DNA of 64,000 nt from Methanotrichaceae archaeon (GCA_963754945.1 CAVWIG010000007.1:32001-96000), one strand, 5' to 3'. Positions 9,858 through 20,664 are shown, numbered from the stretch's first letter. Notes: generated from the sequence alone by a model not told the origin. Numbers and translations are program-made.

Positions 9858-10946
9858 TAGGACTTACGCAGTTGAATCTTTCGACAATGAATAATAAGGA
9901 TATTTTATATATTCGCGAATTGACTCGCGAATAATTCTTCGCTTAGATTCGAACCAACTTATTCCTATTCTAAGCCTTTCTACTTCTAATCTGAGAAACG
10001 CTCTCAGGGAGAACATTATGTGTGCTCTCTGGGACTGACTTTTTCTTGCTTGACAGCTTTCGACTCCACAGAATTGCTTTATGCCTCTGTGATATTCCTC
10101 AATCTTCCAGGAATATCCACCAAATTTTTCGCGTTTAGCTTCGTCTATCTCCAGCACGTCAGTTGCCCAGTATCCTATGTCACCGTCATTAGAGACTATC
10201 CGGAATACTTTTATAAAACCATAAGCTTTTAAATGCACTTCCCTGCCTTGCAGCGGTATCTCTATCTCCTGAATTTGCATATTTTTGGTGTTATTCGGAT
10301 TCACTAGCCTATTTTTCTTCAATCGGGTCAGCCAGTGCCATCCAGACTTTCGTATGGTTTTGAGATTATCTACACTGGCATACCAGCTATCGAAGAGAAC
10401 AATACAGGGCTGAAAACGCCGTTCTTTTGCTTTGGCAAGCATATCTCGAAAATGATCATTTTTTGTCTTGCCGTCGACATCTATATCGTAGATTCGGAAA
10501 TCAACGGGAATTATAGCGTTTCCATCTGTCCACAGCAACGTACAAATATTGATTCCATTCACCAATCGATGCTGTTTTCCACTCCATTGATGATAGACTA
10601 GGCTCATATTTTTAGCATATGGCTTGTCCAACGTCGTATCGTCAATAACCAAGAAACCATTTTGAGGCTGAACAATATCCTTTACCTCATTCCACAACGT
10701 ATCCGTATCTGGAGGCTGTCTTTGTAGAAGACGGGTAAATGCATCATGCGATGGACTATTTTCTCCTACTGGCTGGCACCTTGCAGCCTCAGTACAGGTA
10801 AAAACATCTACTGATGCTATCAGAAAGTGAATATAATCAAGATCATCGCACTTGGAAGGATTCAAGTTCAGCCCTATCCCATTTATTTGTTGGTATTAAT
10901 ATAGCATATGCAATATAAGAAGATTCTGCCAAGTGCGTAAGTCCTA
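9858..10946 (-). mobile_element. IS701-family insertion sequence
   Basis: 13-bp terminal inverted repeats TAGGACTTACGCA/TGCGTAAGTCCTA. 5-bp direct repeat AACGT at 9853-9857 and 10947-10951. Confidence 0.9.
9864..10865 (-). CDS. IS701-family DDE transposase
   Basis: SHDAFTRLL, VIDDTTLDKPY, FDSWYAS, WKIEEYHRGIKQ. Confidence 0.92.
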   Translation of the reverse strand: MNPSKCDDLDYIHFLIASVDVFTCTEAARCQPVGENSPSHDAFTRLLQRQPPDTDTLWNEVKDIVQPQNGFLVIDDTTLDKPYAKNMSLVYHQWSGKQHRLVNGINICTLLWTDGNAIIPVDFRIYDIDVDGKTKNDHFRDMLAKAKERRFQPCIVLFDSWYASVDNLKTIRKSGWHWLTRLKKNRLVNPNNTKNMQIQEIEIPLQGREVHLKAYGFIKVFRIVSNDGDIGYWATDVLEIDEAKREKFGGYSWKIEEYHRGIKQFCGVESCQARKSQSQRAHIMFSLRAFLRLEVERLRIGISWFESKRRIIRESIREYIKYPYYSLSKDSTA

Positions 10947-11036
10947 AACGTGAAAAAAAGCTACTTAAATCCTGGTTGTTAAGTCAGTGGTATGGATCTG
11001 TTGAGTGTAACCGGAATAGTGAAAGGAGAGTGAGGT

Positions 11037-14000
11037 ATGTCAAATCCTAAAGAGAGGACTCTATTTAATAAAGACTATAAAAAATTAAATATGCATAGGT
11101 ATAACGATTTATTGCTTCTATCATCCGTGATAGCTATTTTTGGGATTCTGCTAGCCCTATCTGTCTCGGCTCAGCCGGCACTCGATAACTTATCATTGCC
11201 CGGTTCTGCCGCCTCTGTTGGGGGACCAACCAACTTGCCGCCGATAGCCGAGAGCTTGACGCCTGACAAGCCAAGCGGACAGGGTGTGGCCGGAGATGCG
11301 ATAACATGGACCGCTAAGGCAACCGATCCAGAACCGGAGGATCAGCTGCTGTACATGTTCAGACTCAATGGGCCATCGACGGATAATACTTGGAAGGATG
11401 TAACAAAATGGGGAGACAATAATAGCTGGGTATGGCAGACTTCCGATGTGGGCGCAGGCCAATACCAGATAGAGGTCTGGGTAAGGGATGGAAAGCACGC
11501 CGGAAGCGAAGGCTACGACGCCAAGATGTCCGCGAGCTACACGCTATCGGCTCCTGAAAAGAAAATCTCCCAGGCACCACAGCAGATTGCCCCTCCCGGA
11601 CAGGTTACGCAGCAACCCAGCACACCAACTCAACCAACAAATGCGCCGCAGGTAGAGAACAAGCCACCGAAATTGACTGATCTGCGACCCGACAAGGCCA
11701 GCGCACAGGCCGGTCAAGTAATAACCTGGACTGCCATGGCAACCGATCCGGAACCGGCAGACCAGTTGCTCTACAAGTTCTGGCTGACTGGGCCTTCGAC
11801 CAGCGGCCAGATTGTGGATAAAACCGGCTGGATACCTGACAATACCTGGACTTGGACTACAACATCAGACGACGTGGGAAACAACCAGGTCGAGGTCTGG
11901 GTGAGGGATGGAAATAATGCTGGCGAGAATAGCTTCGACGATAAATTATCTAGGACGTTTGTTGTAGAATCCGCTCCTTCAGAGATACCAGTTAAGGTTC
12001 CCCCTGGAATACCTGCACCCGGCCCGGTGGTCCCAGCACCAGCAACGCCGACACCCGGACCAATTGTCAACAACATGCCGCCTGTTTTGAGCGGCCTAGC
12101 TCCCGATAAATCCAGTGTGGAGGCTGGAGCCAATGTGATCTGGACGGCTACAGCCTCCGATCCGGAGAGCGACCCGTTGGTCTACAAGTTCTTCTTGAAG
12201 GGTCCAGCAACCGGCGGCCAACTGGCTGAAAAGACTGCCTGGGTATCAGACAACACCTGGACATGGACTACCACGCCAGCCGATGCCGGCCAAAACCAGG
12301 TTGAAGTCTGGGTGAGAGACAACAAGCACGCCGGACCAGATAGCAAGGACGACAGCGCGGACGCATCCGTCGCTGTGACCAAACCGAATCAAAAGCCCAC
12401 CATAACAGGGCTGTCTCCAGACAAAGCTAGCGCAGAGGCAGGCTCTACTGTGACCTGGACTGCAGTCGCAACAGATCCCGAGAACGACCCGTTGGTCTAC
12501 AAGTTCTTCTTGAAGGGACCAGCAACCGGCGGCCAACTTGCCGAAAAGACTGCCTGGATATCCGACAACACCTGGACATGGACTACCACGCCAGCCGATG
12601 CCGGCCAAAACCAGGTTGAAGTCTGGGTGAGAGACAACAAGCACGCCGGACCAGATAGCAAGGACGACAGCGCGGACGCATCCGTCGCTGTGACCAAACC
12701 GAATCAAAAGCCCACCATAACAGGGCTGTCTCCAGACAAAGCTAGTGCAGAGGCAGGCTCTACTGTGACCTGGACGGCTACAGCCTCCGATCCGGAGAAC
12801 GACCCGTTGGTCTACAAGTTCTTCTTGAAGGGTCCTGCAACCGGCGGCCAACTGGCTGAAAAGACTGCCTGGGTATCAGACAACACCTGGACCTGGACTA
12901 CCACACCAGCCGATGCCGGCCAAAACCAGGTCGAGGTCTGGGTAAGGGACGGCAATCATGCAGGGACAGAAGGGTTCGACGCCAACTTGGTCGTCAACTA
13001 TGAGTTAACTCAGCCAGCCCCCAAACCAACGACCCTCGTTTTGCCAGTCCAGGCACCAACTAATATCACTCCCGCTGGAAATGCGATTCCAACGCCGGCG
13101 GTCGTCAACAAGCCTCCAGTGGTGAACAGCCTAACACCAGACAAAACCAGTCCTCAGCTTGCCGGAACAGCAATAACCTGGACCGCAGTCGCAACCGATC
13201 CTGAAAAAGAAGACACAATCCTCTACAAGTTCTTCCTGAAGGGACCCAGCACCGGAGACCAGTGGTCTCAAGTAGCCGATTGGGGAACTGACAGCTTCTG
13301 GGCCTGGAACACTTCTGCAAAGGACATTGGCGATAACCAGGTACAGGTATGGGTAAGAGACGGAAAGAACGCTGGTCCCGATGGCGAGGACGCTAGTTTG
13401 GTCTCGAACGTCTTCGTCATAAATGCGCCGAAACCAAAGCCTCCAGTACAGCCTCTTGTGCCCGAGGTCCAACCTGTAACAATACACGCTAACATAACGC
13501 CTGCGGAGAACAAGCCGCCGGTGATCAACAGCCTGACGCCCGATCAACCCAGCCCGCAGTACGCAGGAGCGGTAGTAACCTGGACGGCTGCAGCAACGGA
13601 CCCTGAGAACGATCCGTTGCTCTACAAGTTCTTCTTAAACGGACCCGCGACAGGAAATCAGTGGAAGGAGCAGACCGGTTGGGTCTCTGAAAACATCTGG
13701 CGCTGGACAACATCTTCGAAGGATGTAGGTAGCAACCAGGTTATGGCGTCAGTCAGGGACAACAAACACGCCGGTCCAGAGGGTTCAGCCGGCAACGTCA
13801 CTGTGGATTACGTCATCAATGCTACAGCTCCGGCGCCATTGCCAAAGCCCATCGAGGTTGACAAGCCACCAGTTGTGAACAGCATAACGCCAGACAAAAC
13901 CAGCCCACAGTATGCAGGGACGGTAGTTACCTGGACTACTACAGCATTCGATCCGGAGAACGATCCTCTGGTTTACAAGTTCTTCCTAAAGGGGCCCAGC

Positions 14001-17000
14001 ACCGGCAATAATTGGGCACAGAAGACAGAGTGGGGCCCAGACAGCACCTGGATATGGAATACTACCTCCAAGGACGTTGGCGCTAACCAGGTAAGAATCT
14101 GGGTCAGGGACGGCAAACACGCTGGCCCGGAGGGTTCGGACAGCAACGCCACAGCGGATTATACCATAAATGCAACCGCGCCAACGCCAAAGCCCATCGA
14201 GGTTAACAAGCCACCGGTGGTGGACAGCCTCACGCCAGACAAAACCGGCCCACAGTTCGCAGGAACGGTAGTAACCTGGAAGGCTGTCGCAACCGATCCA
14301 GAGAATGATCCTCTGCTCTACAAGTTCTTCCTGAGCGGACCTGTCACGGGGGATAAGTGGACAGAGGAGACAAAATGGGTCTCCGGCAACACATGGGTCT
14401 GGCCGACTTCTGCTAAGGACGTGGGGCCCAACCAGGTAAGAGTCTGGGTAAGAGACGGTAAGCACGCTGGTACGGACAGCTCGGACAGCAACGCTACGGC
14501 GAATTATACCATCAACGCCACAGCACCGGCACCATTGCCAAAACCAGCACCTATCGAGGTCAATAAACCTCCAGCAGTGACCAGTCTGGCACCAGACAAA
14601 ACCAGTCCTCAATATGCAGGCACTGTCGTGACCTGGAAGACCATCGCAACCGACCCAGAGAACGACCCCCTGGTCTACAAGTTCTTCCTAAAGGGGCCCA
14701 ACACCGGCAACAATTGGGCGCAGAAGACAGAGTGGATCCCAGAGAGCACCTGGATATGGAATACTACGACTAAGGACGTTGGCGCTAACCAGGCAAGGGT
14801 CTGGGTCAGAGATGGTAAACACGCTGGACCAGAAGGCTCGGACAGCAACGCCACAGTCGATTACACCATAAATGCAACCGTGCCGGCGCCGAAGCCCAAA
14901 CCGCCTGTCATCAATGAGACTAAACCGCCTGCAGTCAACGAGACAAAGCCAGCGCCAATCAATGTGACGCCAGCGATCAACGTTACTCCGGCAAAGCCTG
15001 CTCTGGCCCCTACAGCAACGGTCAACCTTCCTCCTGTGGCGAATAGCATCGTTCCGGACAAGCTCAGCCCACAGACTCCGGGCACATCCATAATCTGGAC
15101 TGCCAATGCCACCGACCCGGAGAAGGACAAAATACTCTACAGGTTCTTCCTCAACGGGCCCTCAACTGGGGGGTCCTGGAAGGCCGAGACTGATTGGTCG
15201 AATGCTGGCTCCTGGACGTGGACCACTTCCAAATCCGACGTGGGCTCCAACCAGGTCAGAGTGTGGGTGAGGGACGGCAATCACTCCAAGGAGGACAGCT
15301 TCGACGGCGAACAGGTCGCCTTGTTCACCATCAAGGAGGTTTCGAGGAACATCTCAGGAGTGAAGTTCAACGACTTAAACGGTAACGGTGTAAAGGATTC
15401 GGGCGAGCCAGGGCTGGTTGGCTGGACGATCAAGCTGACCATGCCAAGCGGCAGCGAAGTCAGCACCCTCTCCGGTCAGGACGGATCTTACAGGTTCGAG
15501 AACCTAGCGCCAGGAGCTTACACTGTGAGTGAGGTCTCGCAGGCAGGCTGGTCGGCCACAGCTCCCGTGGGCGGATCACAAAAAGTCACCTTGGCAAGCT
15601 CCGATGTGAGCGACATGAACTTTGGAAACAAAGCTGTCACGTTCTCAATTTCAGGAAAGAAGTTCAACGACCTGAACGACAATGGAATAAATGACGGAGA
15701 ACCTGGGCTTGCCGGCTGGACTATCAACCTGGAGCAGCCCGCCGGAAAAGTGATCAAGACCGTGATCACTGCCGCGGACGGCTCGTATAAATTCGAGAAC
15801 CTGACTCCAGGAGATTACGCATTGAGCGAGGTTGCCCAGAAAGGATGGACGCAGACAGCACCATCCGGTGGGTCCTACTCCGTCAGCGTGAAAGACGCTG
15901 ATGTAACAGGTAAGGACTTCGGCAACAACGCCGGTTCCTGGTCGATCACTGGTACGGCATTCCAGGATCTTAACGGCAACGGAAAGAAGGATGCTGGTGA
16001 CCCAGGCTTGGTAGGATGGAAGATCCAGCTATCCCAGAACGGCAATGTGGTCAACGTCACCGACACAGGAGCCGACGGCTCTTATGCCTTCAGAAAACTG
16101 GCTCAGGGAACGTACACCCTCAGCGAGGTGCCCCAGAGCGGCTGGGTCCAGACCCTCCCTGCCAGCGGCTCTTACTCGGTGAATCTGAAGAACGCCGACG
16201 TTTCAGGCATGGACTTCGGCAACAAGGGCAACCTGTCCATCTCGGGCATGAAGTACTACGATCTGAACGGCAACGGAGTGCAGGACAAGGACGAACCCGG
16301 AATCCCGGGACAGACCGTTACTCTGCTTGAGAATGGCAAAGAGATAGCCACTACCACCACAGGGCAGGATGGAGGATACACCTTCAACAACTTGGTACAG
16401 GGAACCTACACCGTCAACGATCCACCATCGGGTGGCTTCGTCCTAACAACTACATCATCGATTACGGTGACCGTCACGACGTCGGTGGTACTACACGCTA
16501 GCTTTGGACTGACGGGAACCCACTCCATATCAGGGGTGAAGTTCAACGATGTCAACGGCAACGGCGTGATGGATTCGGGTGAGCCCGGCGTACCCGGATG
16601 GGGCATGGTGCTGGACGGGACCACGGCCCTCTTTGGGATCCACATTACCCGCACCGTCAACACAGCCTCCGACGGCTCGTACATCTTCGACCACCTCGTC
16701 CCTGGCACGTACAAGATCAGCGAGCTATCGAGGCCAGGATGGACACAGACGCTTCCATCCGGTACTGGAACCTACACTGTCAACCTCGGAGGTAGCGATG
16801 TTGCCAACAAGAACTTCGGCAACCGGGTTGTGAATCCGCCCGGCACGGCTTCCATCTGGGGCATGAAGTTCAATGACCTAGACAACAATGGGGTAAACAA
16901 TGGCGATCCCGGCTTGCCGGGATGGACCATAGTTCTGAAAAACACCATCACGACCGCGACCAGCACCACGACCACCGACGCCCAGGGCTGGTACAGCTTC

Positions 17001-19658
17001 ACGAACCTGGCCCCGGGAAGTTACACTGTGAGCGAGCTAGCTCAACCCACATGGACTCGGACACTTCCCGGAGGCAGCGGCGTTTATACCCTGACTTTGG
17101 CATCAGGTGAAAGCAGAGTGGGGACCGACTTCGGCAATTACAACCCACCGCCGATCAACCCCACCCTGACCCCATTCCCGGCCAGCCCGCAGCGGGTTGG
17201 CACTGTGGTTACATGGACTGCGGGTGCCACGGATCCTGACGGTGATTCCCTTAAGTTCAGGTTCATCCTCAGGGATCCGTATGGCAGCCTTCTGACGGAC
17301 ACCGGTTACACCAACAACAACGTGTGGACGTGGTACAGCGGATCTACGGGTGGATTGCCAGGAACCTATCAGGTTGAGGTCAGAATAACCGACGGAAAGC
17401 ATCCCTCCAGCTCGGACGCTCGTGCGACAGCAAGCTACACCCTCACTCAGGCCAACAGGCGGCCAGAGGTCGACTTCCTCTTCGCTGATCGGCCAGATCC
17501 CCAGTATGCAGGAAGCTGGATCAAATGGACTGCTGTGGCCCATGACCCCGACGGTGACCAGCTCCTGTACAGGTACTTCCTCCGAGGACCAGCTACCGGC
17601 GGGTTCTGGGAGGATATGACTGGATGGACCAGGAACAACAGATGGATCTGGAGAACATCGCCCTTTGACATTGGCGCTAGCGAGATCCTTGTGGTAGTCA
17701 GGGATGGTAACCATGCCGGTCCCAACGGCTGGGACGACTTTGCTGTTGCCAACTACCTGATTATAGGATTGAACCAACCGCCCGCGATAACCAGCATAGG
17801 AACGACAACTCCAAGCCCGCAGCCAGCCGGAGCCACAGTCAGGTGGGTGGCCAATGCAGTCGATCCGAATGGTGACCCGGTCTTTTACAGGTACTGGTTG
17901 AAGGGACCATCAACGGGAGGGTTCTGGAGACTGGCACGCGACTGGTCCACAGACAATACCTGGACCTGGGCGACGTCCCTGGCAGATGCGGGCACCAGCC
18001 AGGTCGATGTACAGGTACGGGACGGGTTCCACGCCGGTCCTGACGGATTTGACGACGACGCAGCATCGCTCTTCACCATCCTGCCTCCAGACCTGCCGCC
18101 TCAGCTAACCAGCCTCGTTACGGACAAACCCGGCCCACTGCCGGGAGGATTGCCCGCAAGGTGGACCGCCACAGCCATCGATCCGGACGGAGATCCAACC
18201 CTGTACAGGTTCTGGCTGAAGGGCCCGTCCACCGGAAACAACTGGAAGATAGTCCAGGACTGGTCTCTTAGCAACACCTGGATCTGGGCCACCAGTCCCG
18301 CTAATGCCGGTGACTATACGGTGTACGTCTATGCCAGGGATGGCAAGCATGCCGGTCCTAATGGTTACGATAGCTCCCTTGGAGAAGCTTACACTGTGCT
18401 TCAGTCCAACAAGCCTCCTCAAATCAGAGGATTGACTCCCGACCTTCCCAGCCCCCAGTACGCAGGGACACCCATAAGATGGACTGCCATCGCATCGGAC
18501 CCGGAGCCTGAACCCATTCTCTACCGGTTCTGGCTTAAGGGTCCGTCTACGGGAAATGCTTGGAAGAACGTCCAGGACTGGTCCAACAACAACGTATGGA
18601 TCTGGACGGACAAGCCTTCCGATGCTGGGAACTACACAGTTTATGTGTACGCAAGGGATGGGTGGAATGCCGGCCCGAACGGGTACGATAGTGCCCTTGG
18701 CCGGACTTTCTCTCTTTCCAACCCAGCAACAGTGAAACAGGTAACCTCTGGTCCAGCACCAAAGGATAAGCCTTCCTTGATACACACGGGCGAAGGCTAT
18801 CTCATGGCCTACCAGTCGTGGGATCTAGGCAACAGCAACAATGGAGACATCTTCCTCCAGAAGTTTGATCCACTGTGGGGCGCGATTGGAAATGCTTGGG
18901 CAACCAATGATACGGCCTTCCAGGACTCACCTTCGGTGATCTCCTCTGGCGGAAACTACTATGTTGCATACGTCTCCAACGAGACCGGCAACATGAACAT
19001 TTTCTTGAAGAAGTTCGACGCCAACCTGAACCTGATCGATACCAAACAGCTTACCGACTCACCGGTAGATCAGGACTCGCCCTCGCTCATCCAGGCGGGC
19101 AACGAGTTCTATCTGGCCTACCAGTCCTGGGACACAGGATCGGATAACGGCGGCGACATCTTCGTATCGAGGTTTGATCAGAACTGGAACCCTATCGACA
19201 GGGTCCAGGTAACGGATCTAACAACGTACCAGGATCATCCATCGATAACCTTCGATGGCGTGAACTTCTACGTGGCCTATGTCTCCAGGGAGACTGGCAA
19301 TCTGGAAATCTTCGTCAAGAGGTTTGACGAGAACCTTAACCCCTTGGATACGAAACAGATTACAACAGACACTTCGGATCAGGACTACCCATCGCTGAAC
19401 TACACAAGTGGTGTGTTCAATCTCCTGTACAGCTCGAAGAAGGGCGGGAACTACGACGTTTACATCAACAGGTTCGACAGCAACTGGAAACCCATAGACC
19501 GCGCAGATGTAGTGACGGCTACAGGAGACATGACCTCAGCAACCTTTGCCTACAGCCCCTCCGACGGACTGTACTGGCTGGCCTATGTCTCTAAGGATGT
19601 CACAGGCCAGAACATCTACGTCAAATCCGTGAAACTGCCGAGCATACCCATACGTTAG
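11037..19658 (+). CDS. Giant secreted cell-surface protein: 16 Ig/PKD(Y_Y_Y)-like repeats, 6 SdrD-B/Cna-B-like repeats, C-terminal 6-blade propeller-like region
   Basis: Signal peptide (true start perhaps 11091). Repeats of NxPP..TWTAxATDPExDPLxYKF..WVRDGKHAG, repeats of ISGxKFNDLNGNG..EPGLxGW, and C-terminal DxPSLI repeats. Confidence 0.85.
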   Translation: MSNPKERTLFNKDYKKLNMHRYNDLLLLSSVIAIFGILLALSVSAQPALDNLSLPGSAASVGGPTNLPPIAESLTPDKPSGQGVAGDAITWTAKATDPEPEDQLLYMFRLNGPSTDNTWKDVTKWGDNNSWVWQTSDVGAGQYQIEVWVRDGKHAGSEGYDAKMSASYTLSAPEKKISQAPQQIAPPGQVTQQPSTPTQPTNAPQVENKPPKLTDLRPDKASAQAGQVITWTAMATDPEPADQLLYKFWLTGPSTSGQIVDKTGWIPDNTWTWTTTSDDVGNNQVEVWVRDGNNAGENSFDDKLSRTFVVESAPSEIPVKVPPGIPAPGPVVPAPATPTPGPIVNNMPPVLSGLAPDKSSVEAGANVIWTATASDPESDPLVYKFFLKGPATGGQLAEKTAWVSDNTWTWTTTPADAGQNQVEVWVRDNKHAGPDSKDDSADASVAVTKPNQKPTITGLSPDKASAEAGSTVTWTAVATDPENDPLVYKFFLKGPATGGQLAEKTAWISDNTWTWTTTPADAGQNQVEVWVRDNKHAGPDSKDDSADASVAVTKPNQKPTITGLSPDKASAEAGSTVTWTATASDPENDPLVYKFFLKGPATGGQLAEKTAWVSDNTWTWTTTPADAGQNQVEVWVRDGNHAGTEGFDANLVVNYELTQPAPKPTTLVLPVQAPTNITPAGNAIPTPAVVNKPPVVNSLTPDKTSPQLAGTAITWTAVATDPEKEDTILYKFFLKGPSTGDQWSQVADWGTDSFWAWNTSAKDIGDNQVQVWVRDGKNAGPDGEDASLVSNVFVINAPKPKPPVQPLVPEVQPVTIHANITPAENKPPVINSLTPDQPSPQYAGAVVTWTAAATDPENDPLLYKFFLNGPATGNQWKEQTGWVSENIWRWTTSSKDVGSNQVMASVRDNKHAGPEGSAGNVTVDYVINATAPAPLPKPIEVDKPPVVNSITPDKTSPQYAGTVVTWTTTAFDPENDPLVYKFFLKGPSTGNNWAQKTEWGPDSTWIWNTTSKDVGANQVRIWVRDGKHAGPEGSDSNATADYTINATAPTPKPIEVNKPPVVDSLTPDKTGPQFAGTVVTWKAVATDPENDPLLYKFFLSGPVTGDKWTEETKWVSGNTWVWPTSAKDVGPNQVRVWVRDGKHAGTDSSDSNATANYTINATAPAPLPKPAPIEVNKPPAVTSLAPDKTSPQYAGTVVTWKTIATDPENDPLVYKFFLKGPNTGNNWAQKTEWIPESTWIWNTTTKDVGANQARVWVRDGKHAGPEGSDSNATVDYTINATVPAPKPKPPVINETKPPAVNETKPAPINVTPAINVTPAKPALAPTATVNLPPVANSIVPDKLSPQTPGTSIIWTANATDPEKDKILYRFFLNGPSTGGSWKAETDWSNAGSWTWTTSKSDVGSNQVRVWVRDGNHSKEDSFDGEQVALFTIKEVSRNISGVKFNDLNGNGVKDSGEPGLVGWTIKLTMPSGSEVSTLSGQDGSYRFENLAPGAYTVSEVSQAGWSATAPVGGSQKVTLASSDVSDMNFGNKAVTFSISGKKFNDLNDNGINDGEPGLAGWTINLEQPAGKVIKTVITAADGSYKFENLTPGDYALSEVAQKGWTQTAPSGGSYSVSVKDADVTGKDFGNNAGSWSITGTAFQDLNGNGKKDAGDPGLVGWKIQLSQNGNVVNVTDTGADGSYAFRKLAQGTYTLSEVPQSGWVQTLPASGSYSVNLKNADVSGMDFGNKGNLSISGMKYYDLNGNGVQDKDEPGIPGQTVTLLENGKEIATTTTGQDGGYTFNNLVQGTYTVNDPPSGGFVLTTTSSITVTVTTSVVLHASFGLTGTHSISGVKFNDVNGNGVMDSGEPGVPGWGMVLDGTTALFGIHITRTVNTASDGSYIFDHLVPGTYKISELSRPGWTQTLPSGTGTYTVNLGGSDVANKNFGNRVVNPPGTASIWGMKFNDLDNNGVNNGDPGLPGWTIVLKNTITTATSTTTTDAQGWYSFTNLAPGSYTVSELAQPTWTRTLPGGSGVYTLTLASGESRVGTDFGNYNPPPINPTLTPFPASPQRVGTVVTWTAGATDPDGDSLKFRFILRDPYGSLLTDTGYTNNNVWTWYSGSTGGLPGTYQVEVRITDGKHPSSSDARATASYTLTQANRRPEVDFLFADRPDPQYAGSWIKWTAVAHDPDGDQLLYRYFLRGPATGGFWEDMTGWTRNNRWIWRTSPFDIGASEILVVVRDGNHAGPNGWDDFAVANYLIIGLNQPPAITSIGTTTPSPQPAGATVRWVANAVDPNGDPVFYRYWLKGPSTGGFWRLARDWSTDNTWTWATSLADAGTSQVDVQVRDGFHAGPDGFDDDAASLFTILPPDLPPQLTSLVTDKPGPLPGGLPARWTATAIDPDGDPTLYRFWLKGPSTGNNWKIVQDWSLSNTWIWATSPANAGDYTVYVYARDGKHAGPNGYDSSLGEAYTVLQSNKPPQIRGLTPDLPSPQYAGTPIRWTAIASDPEPEPILYRFWLKGPSTGNAWKNVQDWSNNNVWIWTDKPSDAGNYTVYVYARDGWNAGPNGYDSALGRTFSLSNPATVKQVTSGPAPKDKPSLIHTGEGYLMAYQSWDLGNSNNGDIFLQKFDPLWGAIGNAWATNDTAFQDSPSVISSGGNYYVAYVSNETGNMNIFLKKFDANLNLIDTKQLTDSPVDQDSPSLIQAGNEFYLAYQSWDTGSDNGGDIFVSRFDQNWNPIDRVQVTDLTTYQDHPSITFDGVNFYVAYVSRETGNLEIFVKRFDENLNPLDTKQITTDTSDQDYPSLNYTSGVFNLLYSSKKGGNYDVYINRFDSNWKPIDRADVVTATGDMTSATFAYSPSDGLYWLAYVSKDVTGQNIYVKSVKLPSIPIR
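12165..12950 (+). repeat. Near-identical 315-bp tandem coding repeats (about 2.5 copies) within the giant gene
   Basis: GACCCGTTGGTCTACAAGTTCTTCTTGAAG recurs at 315-bp spacing. Near-identical antisense ORFs at 12182 and 12497 confirm the period. Confidence 0.9.
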
Positions 19659-19706
19659 CGTAGATGCACGTCGGCAGAAAAAGTGCCTGCAAAGTGAGTA
19701 AAAATA

Positions 19707-19739
19707 GAGATGGCATGACTGTGCCATCTCGACTTTTTT
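19707..19739 (+). terminator. Hairpin + T-run terminator of the giant gene
   Basis: GAGATGGCA...TGCCATCTC followed by gacTTTTTT. Confidence 0.6.
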
Positions 19740-19848
19740 CGGCCTGAAGCCAAATTATATAAGTGGACGAAGTAATTAACCTATTTAGTCTTGTTAACCT
19801 GCGTATATTTGCTGATTCGCCGAATATCATTTTCCAGGAGTTCTTCAT

Positions 19849-20562
19849 TTACCTGGTCTTCTTGAGAATAGTGCCTCCAAACATGGCAGTGCTCGCTCCT
19901 TTATTTATCTCCGTGTGATTGATTAAGGCGGAAACCGGCGAGGCAATGCTGGTCTTCAGGTTCTCCTCAAATGGGTACGGCATTACCAAGAGACAAGGTC
20001 TTGCGTCGCTGTTTATCGACTTGAACTCGACGCTGTAGTTTTTATCGCTGAAGGTCATCAGAAGGAATGATACCTTATCGCCTTTTGTTTTAGCTTCCTT
20101 GAGTATCTTGGATACGTCGAACACTTGGCCGTCGTTTGTGCTAACTTCCATCTGGCTTATGTCATTCTTCTGAATCAAGTTCAATATTGGCTCCATGTTG
20201 GCAATGAAACTCAAGTAACCTGAGTTCTCGTCCCAGTTAGATCCCATGGGCATCAGCACGACCAAATTGGTTGCATTTGAGCTCTTCGTTACGTTTGCTA
20301 CCCTGAGGACGAGAATTCCTATGTCGGTACCCGAAATATTCAGACTGGAGATATTGAACTGTATAATAGATGCAGTTATATTGCTTGCATTCTCACCCGT
20401 CTGCATATTGCATTTAAGGATACTGGTGTTGTTTTGCACCTGCAGGGTTTTCATGTCAATATAAATTGCCTTCGAGGCAGGAATTTTTGTGGTATCTCCA
20501 AAACCAGTGCTCGTCAAACCGACGAGGAACACCAAAATCAGCAAGATCGGCGTTTTATGCAT
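19849..20562 (-). CDS. Secreted hypothetical protein, DNRLRE/CBM96-like jelly-roll candidate
   Basis: Signal peptide. The pattern IIQFNISSL...LVLRV...MPMGSNWDENS...FDVS...P.LLV resembles DNRLRE domains. Confidence 0.45.
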   Translation of the reverse strand: MHKTPILLILVFLVGLTSTGFGDTTKIPASKAIYIDMKTLQVQNNTSILKCNMQTGENASNITASIIQFNISSLNISGTDIGILVLRVANVTKSSNATNLVVLMPMGSNWDENSGYLSFIANMEPILNLIQKNDISQMEVSTNDGQVFDVSKILKEAKTKGDKVSFLLMTFSDKNYSVEFKSINSDARPCLLVMPYPFEENLKTSIASPVSALINHTEINKGASTAMFGGTILKKTR

Positions 20563-20664
20563 CCTTCATCTCTCCCAAACGGTTGATCAATTTAAAGCCA
20601 TAATATTTAAAATTATAGATCCTACAGTTTTGATCATATCCGGCAAATTTATTTTTAAATGAAT

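Noticed and set aside
12165-12950. Near-identical repeats as DGR template/variable repeats
   Set aside because: No reverse transcriptase in the window. The differences are mainly synonymous and not adenine-specific, and the repeats are tandem and coding.
11193-18785. Numerous antisense or alternate-frame ORFs over the giant gene (and similarly over polC and the thermosome)
   Set aside because: These are shadow ORFs from codon bias, with no motifs or RBS.
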